Shown in pieces: positions 52,620-64,000 of a stretch of DNA of 64,000 nucleotides (position 1 is its first letter; each line of letters starts with the position of its first letter). Source of the DNA: the human T2T-CHM13v2.0 reference genome, Homo sapiens; assembly GCF_009914755.1 (NCBI RefSeq), contig NC_060925.1. One strand, written 5' to 3'. Under the pieces are notes generated by a model. It was not told the origin of the DNA. It made no database searches and worked only from the letters and a program-made list of their open reading frames with translations. The translations under genes were made by a program, and so were the position numbers.

Positions 52620-52845
52620 TAATAGTTTAAATCTCAGCTTTAACATTTAACAATTGTTTAACTTTGTACACATTACTTCACTTCAGTAAATCTCACTTTC
52701 CACATTCAGAGAGTGGGGATAACTAGTTGTACTTAAACCTCGTAGGATTGTTGAGCAAGTTAAAATAAGCGTACACATGAAGGGATCAGCATGGTATCTG
52801 ATATGCAGTGAGATTGTGAGCATTCAAGAAATATTCGCAATTACC
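52620..52845 (+). mobile_element. MIR
   Basis: gtttaaatctcagct...tggggataactagttgtac...cctcgtaggattgttg. Confidence 0.7.
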
Positions 52846-52959
52846 CTTTTTATTGGTAATGAAAATTATTTTATTATTGATGAAAATATAGTAATAGAGT
52901 GATGTCATAGCTGTCTAGAAGAGATAAATCTAATCAATATTGTTCTATGTACAAAGAGA

Positions 52960-53090
52960 CAGAGGCAGGTTTACCTCGAGACTGAAAGTTAAGACTCCTC
53001 ATTTGTATGGGTCTTCTTTTTAATTTTTATTCATTTTTTTTCCTACAGAGCCTCATATAGCTTGCGACCCATAAACCTTGCATCTATGAC
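52960..53090 (-). mobile_element. MER53-like hAT element
   Basis: cagaggcaggtttacc...ctcctcatttgtatggg...gacccataaaccttgcatc. Confidence 0.55.
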
Positions 53091-53094
53091 AGGG

Positions 53095-53240
53095 GCATGA
53101 ATCAGAATCACCTCTGTAGGTATTTTAAAATGCACATGTACCATCCTCCCTTTCCAGAAGAAAATAATTTAGTTGTTCTGAAGTGGATTTTTAAAGTTCC
53201 ATATATGATTTTGCTATGGATCCTTAGTTTAAAACTGGTG
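53095..53240. mobile_element. MER5-family fragment
   Basis: atcagaatcacct...ttttaaaatgcaca...tttttaaagttcc...tgattttg. Confidence 0.55.
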
Positions 53241-53420
53241 TTATAGAGGAACAGTGTACGATGTGTGAAAATTCTAAAATGAACAGATCTTTTCACAAAG
53301 ATATTGTCTTGTAATTAGAATCATATTTTTCTGGAATCATATTTCTTCTTCAGTGTTTGATTAGGCTCTTTCCTCTGCATAACAGTAGCTTTGACTCACT
53401 TTTCTAAAAACACGAGATGT

Positions 53421-53727
53421 GGCCTGGCGCAGTGGCTCATGCCTGTAATCCCAGCACTTTGGGAAGCTGAGGCGGGCGGATCACCTGAGGTCAGAAATTC
53501 GGGACCAGCCTGGCCAACATGGTGAGACCCTGTCTCTACTAACAAAAACACAAACATTAGCTGGGTGTGGTGGCAGGTGCCTGTAATCTGAGCTACTTGG
53601 GAGGCTGAGGTAGGATAATTGCTTGAACTCAGGAAATGGAAGTTGCAGTGAGCTGAGATTGCACCATTGCACTCCAGCCTGGGTGACAGAGTGAGACTCT
53701 GTCTCAAAAAACAAAAAACAAACAAAC
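53421..53727 (+). mobile_element. AluSx-like, full length
   Basis: gatcacctgaggtcag; TSD aaaaacacgagatgt at 53406-20 and 53728-42. Confidence 0.95.
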
Positions 53728-53939
53728 AAAAACACGAGATGTGATTGTCATTTCACTCTGATTTCTAAAAGGTTTGCTCTTTTTAGGTTGCTTATTGAGG
53801 GCATCTCCTAAATGTATGTTGCTCTTTTTTCTCATCCTACTTTCAACTCTTTTGCCCTGTATTATTAATGTTGTTTTTCTGCCTCTAAAGTAATTTAAAT
53901 GGTTCTGTATTGAAATGATATTTTAATTATTATTTTTTT

Positions 53940-54250
53940 ATTTTCTTTTCCTTTCTTTTTTTTTTTTTTTTTTTGGCAGGGTCTTGCTCTGTTGCCCAGG
54001 CGGGAGATGCAGTGGTGTGATCATGGCTCACTGCAGCCTCAACTTCATGAGCTCAAGCAATCCTCCCACCTTAGCCTCTTGAGCTACTGGGACTGCAGGT
54101 GCATACCACCACACCTGGCTAATTTTTTTTTTCAAAGATGGGGTTTCTCCACGTTGCCCAGGCTGGTCTTGAACTCCTGGGCTCAAGTGATCCACCTGCC
54201 TCAACCTCCCAAAGTGCTGAGATTACAGGCATGACCCACCATGCCTGTAC
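53940..54250 (-). mobile_element. AluJ
   Basis: tcatggctcactgcagcctcaac...gctcaagcaatcctcccacc...ctcctgggctcaagtgatcc. Confidence 0.93.
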
Positions 54251-54429
54251 ATTAATTATTTTTAAGGGTGTTTTTTTTAAATATGTACGTATCAATAATT
54301 TTGCTTTTCCTTGCTGTCCAGAATAAAATAAAAATGAGTACAAGTAATTAGAACAGTAGAACTATCTAGATCTGAATATGTCTATTCAATTAAAATATGC
54401 GGTATTAATAAAAACCTATAGATTGCTCT

Positions 54430-56160
54430 TTTCAATTCAGCATATTTTCTTGCATATCTGCTCTGAGCAAATCCCTATACAAGATATATAAAGGAAAGAA
54501 AAATAATTCCCAGAGATTCTCTGCTCCCAACAAGTTTATGATTAAGAAGAGAGACAAAGCCTGTAACCAAATGATGAGAGTTCACGTTAGAGTAATACAT
54601 AGTTCCTCTAATGGCAGAAAAGTACTATGTATGTTGAAAGAAGGCAAGATCACAGCTGGTTGAAAGGGTAAGGAATGACTGTGTGTGAAAGTGGTGTGAG
54701 GTGGGAGGAAAGGACAGACAGGATTTCAACACGATAATTGAAGGTCCACCCTTGTGTCAGCTAGAGGGAGAAAACAACATAAAAATGAAGGAATCGGGAA
54801 AGTTCAGCTTATTTTTTTCAGCGAGTAATGATGACTCTGAAGTTTCTAAAAGGTAGAGAGCAATGGTACACCGGGGAGTCTTGGCACAAGGGGAGTGATG
54901 ATTTGTGCTGAACGATTTTGGAACACTTAAGGGTTTTGAAACTACAGAATATCAAAACTGAAGCTGCGCTTTAGAAAGAGTTGGTTATTAGGAGATGGAT
55001 TTGTGTGAGAAAAAACACAGACAGGCTGTTTTAATGCTTTGAGGTAGTGGCGGTGGAACTGCTAGGAAGCAGGGAAGGAGAATGGAGGGGTTGTGGTGGT
55101 AAGGAGGTCTGCCTCATTGCCTACAAAGCCTTCTGTCGTCTGAGGATGAGTGAGATTCAGGAGCTCTGGCCCTGTGGTGACAATTTATGTTATTTAAACA
55201 TAATCAAATGGTGGTGATAGATGCCATGAGTGTTCGGGAGAAGGAAAAGATTAAGGTATCCCCCAGAGCACACAGAGTTAGGAGACTTCCTCGGCACATC
55301 TGTCAGTGGGCATAGGGATGCTGGAGAAGAGACAATCTCCTATGAAAAGATACTTTATGAAGAAAGTGTTGTAATGCAACCCATGAGGTGTTAAAGAAAA
55401 AGGTCACTAACAAAGAATGGCAAGACAAAGTGAGTTATGGCCATAGTTATCTGCTAGCCTTTCGCTAAGGTCAAAACTCTGAATTACTAAAGGGAGGAAC
55501 ATGAAATAAGCTAGTACGATTATTTTTAAAGGAAGCATGCTAATCAGAAGTTAACTCAATAAGTACGAAGTGCAGATAAAACTCATGTGCAGAAGAGATT
55601 TTGAAAGATAATCAGGAGTCACTAGTGGGATATCTTCATGTAATATTTTTCTTAACCCCACCATTTCAGTGAAGGCCACATTGAAAAGCTGTTTGACAAT
55701 TAGGTCCACACTCTGAAACTTTATCAGGTATTCTTGAAAACCTCAACATTCAAGATGAGAGACTGCCTGAGTAGAATGAAGAGAGGGCTACCACGAAGCA
55801 TAGACTGTAGGAAGATAACTTTAGGAAGCATTTAGGTATTGTTTAGATATCCAGTGGGAATACCAGGGCTATCATGATGACTAAAACATGGCCCCTGACC
55901 TTACGGAACTTCTGATTATAGAACTGATCGTTATGATCTAGTAAGATCAGTCTTAGTAAAGGGAACCCTGCATGCAGGAGGGGTTCAGATCCAGTCTTGG
56001 GACTATGTATTGAGGGCTTAAAGATGGCTTCTTGGAGAATTGATATCTAACCCAAGTAACAACAAAATAATTCTTAGGCATGAGCCAGGTAAGAGCAGGG
56101 GGCATGGGAGAATGTGCATTTGAAGCAAGGAAAGTAACATAATCAGAGGGGACCAATAGG
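54430..56160 (-). mobile_element. Decayed L2 fragments
   Basis: ttcaattcagcatattt...; gctgcgctttagaaaga; acatggcccctgaccttacggaactt; ggcttcttggaga. Confidence 0.5.
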
Positions 56161-56199
56161 GAAATATTTCGGTTTGGTTAACTTATTTGTATTCTATTT

Positions 56200-57700
56200 G
56201 TTATCTTATGTGTATTTTGCCTGTTGCTTGTTTTCACATAGGGTGAATTTTTTTTCTCTGAAAGAGTAATCAATTTCTCCATCACTATTAATTGAATAAT
56301 TGTTTAATTTCCAACGTTTGTGATGTTTTTAAATGTAATGATACGTTTAAAAATTAGTATGCAGCATTTCTGACCTTATTCTGTTCTTTTCTGCTTCATT
56401 TCATCCCATTCTACACTAGCTCAAGCTGTTCTCTAAAGTTCTTGCATATAACTTACAACGATTACTTTTAGGTAATTTTTATATTTCCCTTAATATCATG
56501 AATAAATATTTTTCCATTTCACTTAGCACATTTAAGATAATGCTAAAATATTATAATGATGTTGTTTTCCATATTTTAATCATGCATTCAGCTATTTTAC
56601 TAAGCTTTTCTTTATTCATCTTCCAATTTTCTTTATTCAATTTTCAATATTCTCCTTTATTTACTAGGTATTTAATTCCACGCACAACTAATATATTTGT
56701 CTCCTTCTTTAAAATAATTATATTTTTATTTCTTTTCTTTCATTATACCTGCTAGAACTTTCAGAGTAATGATAAAAATAGTTGTAAAATGGATATCATT
56801 TTTCCTGATTTTAAGAGAATTCATCCAGTTGTGCTGTAATATTGAATATGATATTAAATACTTTGAGATAGATATTCTTTGTCATGATAAAATAATTTTA
56901 TATTTCTAGTTTTTAAAGAAATAAAAGAAGTAGTACAGACTATTGTCCAATGTCTTCTTGATCTATAAATGTAATATATTTATAGGTATTCTTTTCTCTC
57001 ATTATTTTGCTATTGGTTAATATTTCAAATGTGTAGAAGTGTCTAGAGAAAAAAATATTGCACATCTACCTTTATCAGATGTTAACATTGCTTCATGCTG
57101 TTTTGTTGTTATTATTGAACAAAACACAATATAGACAGTTGAAGGCCCTTCCAATCTCATTGAGTAGGCCACCCTTATTCATTGGTTAGTTCATCCTCCT
57201 AATTTTGGTAGAATCTGATGCCTGCAAATATGTTTAGTTCTGTTTCTGAGCTCTTTATTCTTTTGGATTGGTCTGCCTCTCTCTGTTCAGTACCCTGTCC
57301 AATACCATATTGTCTTAATCATATTGCTTTTTAATTGCTAATGTGAATCTTGATATCATGTAAGGCAAATCTTTTGACTTCATTATTTTTTGTCCATTTT
57401 AAAGACATTTATAGATGATTTTTATATAAGTTCATGAAGTTCCACTAAAAACAATTCCAAAATATTTATTGTAAAGTGCATTATATTTATGCATAGATTT
57501 GATAAAAATTGATACCTCTTCATTCCTCCAGGTCTTTTTTTATGTCATTCGTTTTGGAACTTTCGTTTGTAATTTTATCCATACAGTACTTTCATATTAT
57601 TGTATTTATTCTTATAAATCTTTGTTGCTGTTGAGGTTTTTTTGTTTGTTTTTTATTATATTTGTGATGGTTATTTCTGGGAGTGTAGGAATGTTGTAGT
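56200..57700 (-). mobile_element. Decayed L1M fragments
   Basis: gctagaactttcagagtaat; tctgagctctttattc...ccaataccatattgtcttaat; tgcattatatttatgcatagattt. Confidence 0.5.
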
Positions 57701-59493
57701 GTGGGGAATAAGAACCCAGGAATTTTAGCCTAACCATGCTTACCTTACTTATTGAACGTCTACATCTTTTTAACTCTTGTCCATTACTTCATGAAATTAT
57801 TCTCATTTACAGTAATTCTTCTTCTAAGTGTTGATTGTATTTACCTTTGTAAGCATTTGATTTATTCATGGACTTTTTGTTTAGAGGCTTATGTTGAGTA
57901 GGATGGCTTTTGTTCCATTCTTTTGTTCACACTCCTTTAACTCCTCACTCCTCATTTATCCTTAGATCCTTGCAGAATTCCCTGATATAGTACATTAACA
58001 TTTTTTGTCCCAGTATGGAGTTATTTCAAGGCTTGTCTTGAATTTGTTCTACTCTCAGTGCCTAAATGCTGCATACTGAGAGCCGTGTGGCTCTGAGTAG
58101 ATAGAACATTTTAGTAGAACTAACTTAGGGATAAATTATGATGGAGGTAGAGAAAATGAGACATATGGCACTACCAGAAAATGCACCACAACTGATAGTA
58201 GAGAAATGCAAAAACAGTTTCCTCTCCACTTCCTAGTTGGCTTGCTCTTGAGTTTCAGAGATCACAGTCATCAGGAGCCCAAAATTATACTGTCCCAGCT
58301 ATTTAAGTGCAGTGTTTTAATGAGAATGTTTCTCATATGCATGCTGTCTTCCCTGGTTTTCAGTGTAGTAAATCTTTGTCTCTTTGTGTGCCTTCATTAA
58401 TGGTATAAAGAAAAGCCAGTGGGTGGCATATTTAGCTGATTTTACTATTAATTTTGAAAATTTTGTATCAGCAGTTTCTTCATCTGAGTTTCCTCAGTAA
58501 CTAGCATGGTGATTGGCAAGTGGTATTCAATGAAAATTTTTTAATTGAACAGAAATCTTATTGATTGCTGTAGTGATATTTGATTTGTTTCTATGTATAG
58601 CTTAGTACTTTATGATATAGAGTAACATAATAGTATGCACTTTTTTTCTTATCTAAAATTTCTTTCCATGAGATTGGAGTAATAGAGTTCTACCTCCCAC
58701 ATGTTTAGTCAGAGTTACTTACATGTTTTTAAAAATGTGTTTAATTCTAGAAGGGTCTATACCAACACAATTTTAATTTATTGTTGCTTTTATCATTACT
58801 ATTGTCAATAAATGTAACAATAAACTACTGCCTCCACATTTGAAGCTGGCTAAGAGATTCAAGATTTTCAGGAACTTCCTATTAGTCAAATAGAACTCTT
58901 CAATCCAGAGTATATAAACTGCACCCAACAAGTCTAAACAGTTTAACTCTGTGACTTAATTTCAGTAAATCTCACATAGAGGGTAGAAAGGCTGCTATTA
59001 TCCAAAAGTGTTGCTTTCTACAAGTTTAGCCTGACATCTTTCAGTGGAGGTGAACTTGTTTGTAAAAGTCAGCTATTTGATAGGCTTTCATTAAGTATCC
59101 CAAGTAAACATAAACAAAAACGTATGTGGGGTTTGTCAATTTATCATTATGGGTGTCTGAAATTTCTCAGTAACTAGGTATATTCTTAAGTCACGATCCA
59201 AGGTTTAAATAACTGTGGTGGAAGACTAAATTAGGAGAATATCTCAAATCACAAGTGCAAACATGATGGATCTGGGCCATCTTCAGTCCTGAAAATGAAA
59301 TGAAAGCTTAGCTTTTTGATCAAAAAGAGTCCTGGTAGGACCAATTACAGAGATGTCTGGGTCTTTCTTTACTGTCTCTTGGCAAAATCATTAGGCCTTT
59401 GCATGCTGTTTACGTTCTTCTTTCGATATATAGCGTTGTTATATATATATATATTTTTTTTTCTCTGACATCTCTTTTTAAAGTCTAATTTAA

Positions 59494-60833
59494 TTTTTTT
59501 TAAATTTTACTTTAAGTTCCGGGATACGTGTGCAGAACGTGCAGGTTCGTTACATAGGTATACGTGTGCCATGGTGGTTTGCTGCACCTATGGACCTGTC
59601 CTCTAAAATTCCCTCCCCTCACTCCCCACCCTCCAACAGGCCCTGGTGTGTGCTGTTCCCCTCCCCGTGTCCATGTGTTCTCACTGTTCAACTCCCACTT
59701 ATGAGTGAGAACATGTGTTTGGTTTTCTGTTCCCGTGTTAGTTTGCTGAGAATGATGGCTTTCAGCTTCATCCATGTTCCTGCAAAGGACATGATCTCAT
59801 TCCTTTTTAATGGCTGCATAGTTTCTATGGTATGTATGTACCACATTTTCTTTATCCAGTCTATCATTGATGGGCATTTGGGTTGGTTCCATGACTTTGC
59901 TATTGTAAATAATGCTGCAATAAACATATGTGTGCAAGTGTCTTTATAGTAGAATGATTTATATTCCTTTGGATATATACCCAGTAATGGAATTGCTGGG
60001 TCAAATGTTAATTTATGATTCTACATCCTTGAGGAATCGCCACACTGTCTGCCACAATGGTTGAACTAATTTACCGTCTCACCAACCTGTAAAAGTGTCC
60101 CTATTTCTCCTTAGCCTTGTGAGCATCTATTGTTTCTTGACTTTTGAATAATCGCCATTCTGACTGGCATGAGATTGTATCTCACTGTGGTTTTGATTTG
60201 CATTTCTCTAATGGTCAGTGATGTTGAGCTTTTTTTCATATGTGTGTTAGCTGTATAAATGTCTTCTTTTGAGAAGTGTCTTTGCCCACTTTTTGATGGG
60301 GTTTTTTTTTTCTTGTAAATTTGTTTAAGTTCATTTTAGATTCTGGATATTAGACCTTTGTCAGATGGGTAGATTGCAAAAATTTCCTCCCATTCTGTAG
60401 GTTGCTTGTTCACTCTGATGATAGTTTCTTTTGTTGTGTAGAAGCTCTTTAGTTTAATTATATCTCATTTGTCAATTTTGGTATTTGTTGCAATTGCTTT
60501 TGGCATTTTTGTCTTGAAATCTTTGCCCATGCCTATGTCCTCAATGGTATTGCCTAGGTTTTCTTCTAGGGTTTTTATGGTTTTTGGTCTTACGTTTAAG
60601 TCTTTAATCCATCTTGAGTTAATTTTTGTATAAGGTGTAAAGAAGGGGTCCAGTTTCAGTTTTCTGCATATGGCTAGCCAGTTTTCCCAGCACCATCTAT
60701 TGAATAGGCGATCCTTCCCCATTTCTTTTATTGTCAGATTTGTCGAAGATCAGATGGTTGTAGATGTGTGGTGCTATTTCTGAGGTCTCTATTCTGTTCC
60801 ATTGGCCTGTATGTCTGTTTTGGTACCAGCACT
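59494..60833 (-). mobile_element. L1PA10/11-like element, 5'-truncated (3' UTR + ORF2 C-terminus)
   Basis: ttttactttaagttccgggatacgtgtgcagaacgtgcagg; ORFs 59688..59927 (MFIAALFTIAKSWNQPKCPS) and 60465..60722 ([17 protein letters not shown]) are L1 ORF2 peptides broken by frameshifts. Confidence 0.92.
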
Positions 60834-61319
60834 GTTATATTTTTAGTATTCATATTTATCCTTTGTTTTCTTTATGGCTCTTACCTAGTAGTTACATTTA
60901 AAGAATTATTCTCTTGTCCTTTTTTCATAATATTTTACAGTCATGTTTTTAAATATTTGATGATTTAATCCATCTGATAATATTTAGTGTATAATGTGAG
61001 ATAAAGACACAGTTTATTTTGAAGTAGCCTACTACTTTCCCCATCACTATTTAGTGAATAATCAACTCTTTTAAAATGACTTAGAATATCATATTTATCA
61101 AATATTAAATTCATTTACATACTGGAGTCCTTTTTATGCTTTATATTGTTTTCATTCATTAATTTGCTTCATAATCTTAATTTTTAAAACTGTTGATAAC
61201 ATCTTTATAATTTGGAAGCAACCTTTATCTCCTATTAGTGTTCCTTTTAAATATTTATTGACTATTATTATTCATTTTATTCCAGATGGATTTTAGAATA
61301 ATTTCATTAAATTATATAA

Positions 61320-61692
<373 letters not shown>

Positions 61693-61935
61693 GAGATTTA
61701 ATTTTTTAGTGAGTTCCCACAAAGAAACACTGTATTTCACTAAGTTTTTCTTTTACTATACCCACTCTCTAAAGTATCTTGAGGTGTTTATATTTGCGTG
61801 TCAATCAGTCAAGAATATTTATTGATTGTCAATTATCCATTAGTTAATAAGGAAGTACTCATGCAAAGTTCTGGAGTTATCATTATGAAAAATTATGTGT
61901 GTGTGTATATATTTGTAGATATATTATAGGTAGTC

Positions 61936-61971
<36 letters not shown>
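61936..61971 (+). repeat. (TG)11(TA)7 compound microsatellite
   Basis: Read directly. Confidence 0.9.
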
Positions 61972-62457
61972 ATGTAATCAATCAGTCTCTACACTCACGG
62001 AGCTCAAATTTGAGTAGGGAAGATAGTCATTAAAATGAACTGTTGCAAATAAGTATATAATTACAAAGTACACAGTATTGATGGGAATTTTATTTATTTG
62101 TGGTGTTATTAAGTTCTGATCATAAAAATGCCTGTTCACTTGAGACTGTTCAGCCAGGAGCAGCATATGCAGGCCTCCTGTTAGATGATCCCCTTGCCGC
62201 TTGCAGTGAACTTAACAATAGCTGTCCATGAAGGCCTTCCTTGAAAGTGATGTGAAAAAGAAATACTAACTTTTCTGTGTGATATACTCATCTAAATTCC
62301 AGAGGCCTTGGCTTGGCATCCATCCAGCTCTTTGGCACAGACTGCCTGCAGTCCCCTACATTTGACTCTGTAATGTGTTGGTAAATGTTAGCTGGCTGAT
62401 GGGGAAAAAGATCTAAATTACAGAGCTTGCCAATTTCTGTGGAACAAATATTTCTAC

Positions 62458-63022
<565 letters not shown>

Positions 63023-64000
63023 TCTATTAAAGATAATTTCAAGCCGTCATGCAGAATTCCTTCAGAGATTTCTCTAGCCACCATTATACTGAGCTTTAAG
63101 GCTGAATCTGTCTCAGAGGAGATATCCCTCACGGGGTGACCACTCCCCAAGGCACAAAAAGAAGTGACCTAGCAGTTTTCTGACACAAATGCATGATTAG
63201 AGCCCCCCAAACAGCTGCTAAGCCAGCTGTAGTATTAAACCCCTTCTCCCTACCAGATCCAAGGTTCAGTCCTCTGGCCACTGCCCCTCCCCACCTCCTT
63301 GAAGATTATGCGTCATTAATCTGCAATCTTCTCTATTCCTCAAGCTCTTTGGAAGCCAGAATGACTGCCATTCCTTCCACTCTCTTGTTATGCATATATT
63401 ATGCCATAAACTGAAAGCTTTACTTTCCTCAAGGGAAACATTTTGAGTATGAATACCTTATTTTAAGAGTTAAAACAAAATTTAATACTTTTCTGCCCAT
63501 TTTTCTTCTTGCTGTGATAGTACTATTTTACTTAAGGCAATGAAGATGCTGCTGATTGACCAGGGAAAGGATCAGGAGTCCAGACAATTAAAAATATTAA
63601 TATTTTAGAAAGCTCAGTCTACTCTACCGCTTATAGTCAATGGACATCTTTCATTTGATGCCTATAAATCCGTTAACAATATCACATCATTTAACTAGTG
63701 TCTGTATTCATTGGTTAGAACCTGTGGTACATCTGTGGAGGGAAGTCTACTTTCATTGTACACAGGGAAGAGAGGGGAGAAAGCATCAGGAAGCCTTCTC
63801 TAAAGAACCACCTGATTGGGTCACCAGGAGAATGGATGAGGGAGCTCTAATTAAGCCCTTTGTGTTGAAAAACTGCCAAGTCACCTTTTTGGTGCCATGG
63901 GGAGTAATCACTCTGTGAGGGATGCCTCCTCCAAGACACAGATTCAGCTTTAGAGTTCTGTATAATGGCGGCTAAAGAAATATTTGACAAGTGAAGCAGA

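Noticed and set aside
59512-60722. L1 ORF2-like peptides suggesting an active retrotransposon
   Set aside because: 5'-truncated ~1.3-kb fragment with frameshifts; no ORF1, endonuclease or RT core.

Overview
AT-rich, CpG-poor primate (most likely human/hominoid, given AluY and L1PA copies) genomic DNA lying inside the two-pore-domain potassium channel gene KCNK2 (TREK-1), on the + strand. The only coding sequence is one 118-bp internal exon (30528-30645; [40 protein letters not shown]), covering the end of the cap, pore helix 1 and the start of the first TIGFG selectivity filter. Everything else is intron with many interspersed repeats (Alu, L1PA/MA/MC/ME, L2, MIR, Tigger3, MER2, MER1B, Charlie4a, MER58A, MER53, MER21, MSTA, MLT1). 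I found no new protein-coding system; the other ORFs are repeat-derived or chance. The most interesting signals are structural: (i) a nested transposon stack at ~10.9-18.9 kb containing an apparent ancient L1 3' transduction whose 5' end joins the host L1 in homologous register; (ii) an 89-nt pre-miRNA-sized hairpin apparently made by a template switch that inverted a Tigger3 terminus; (iii) a sense-oriented L1PA poly(A) cassette ~0.8 kb after the exon, with an open read-through frame that could give a truncated, filter-less TREK-1. Repeat subfamily names come from remembered consensus sequences and should be confirmed with RepeatMasker/Dfam; boundaries of old repeats are approximate.
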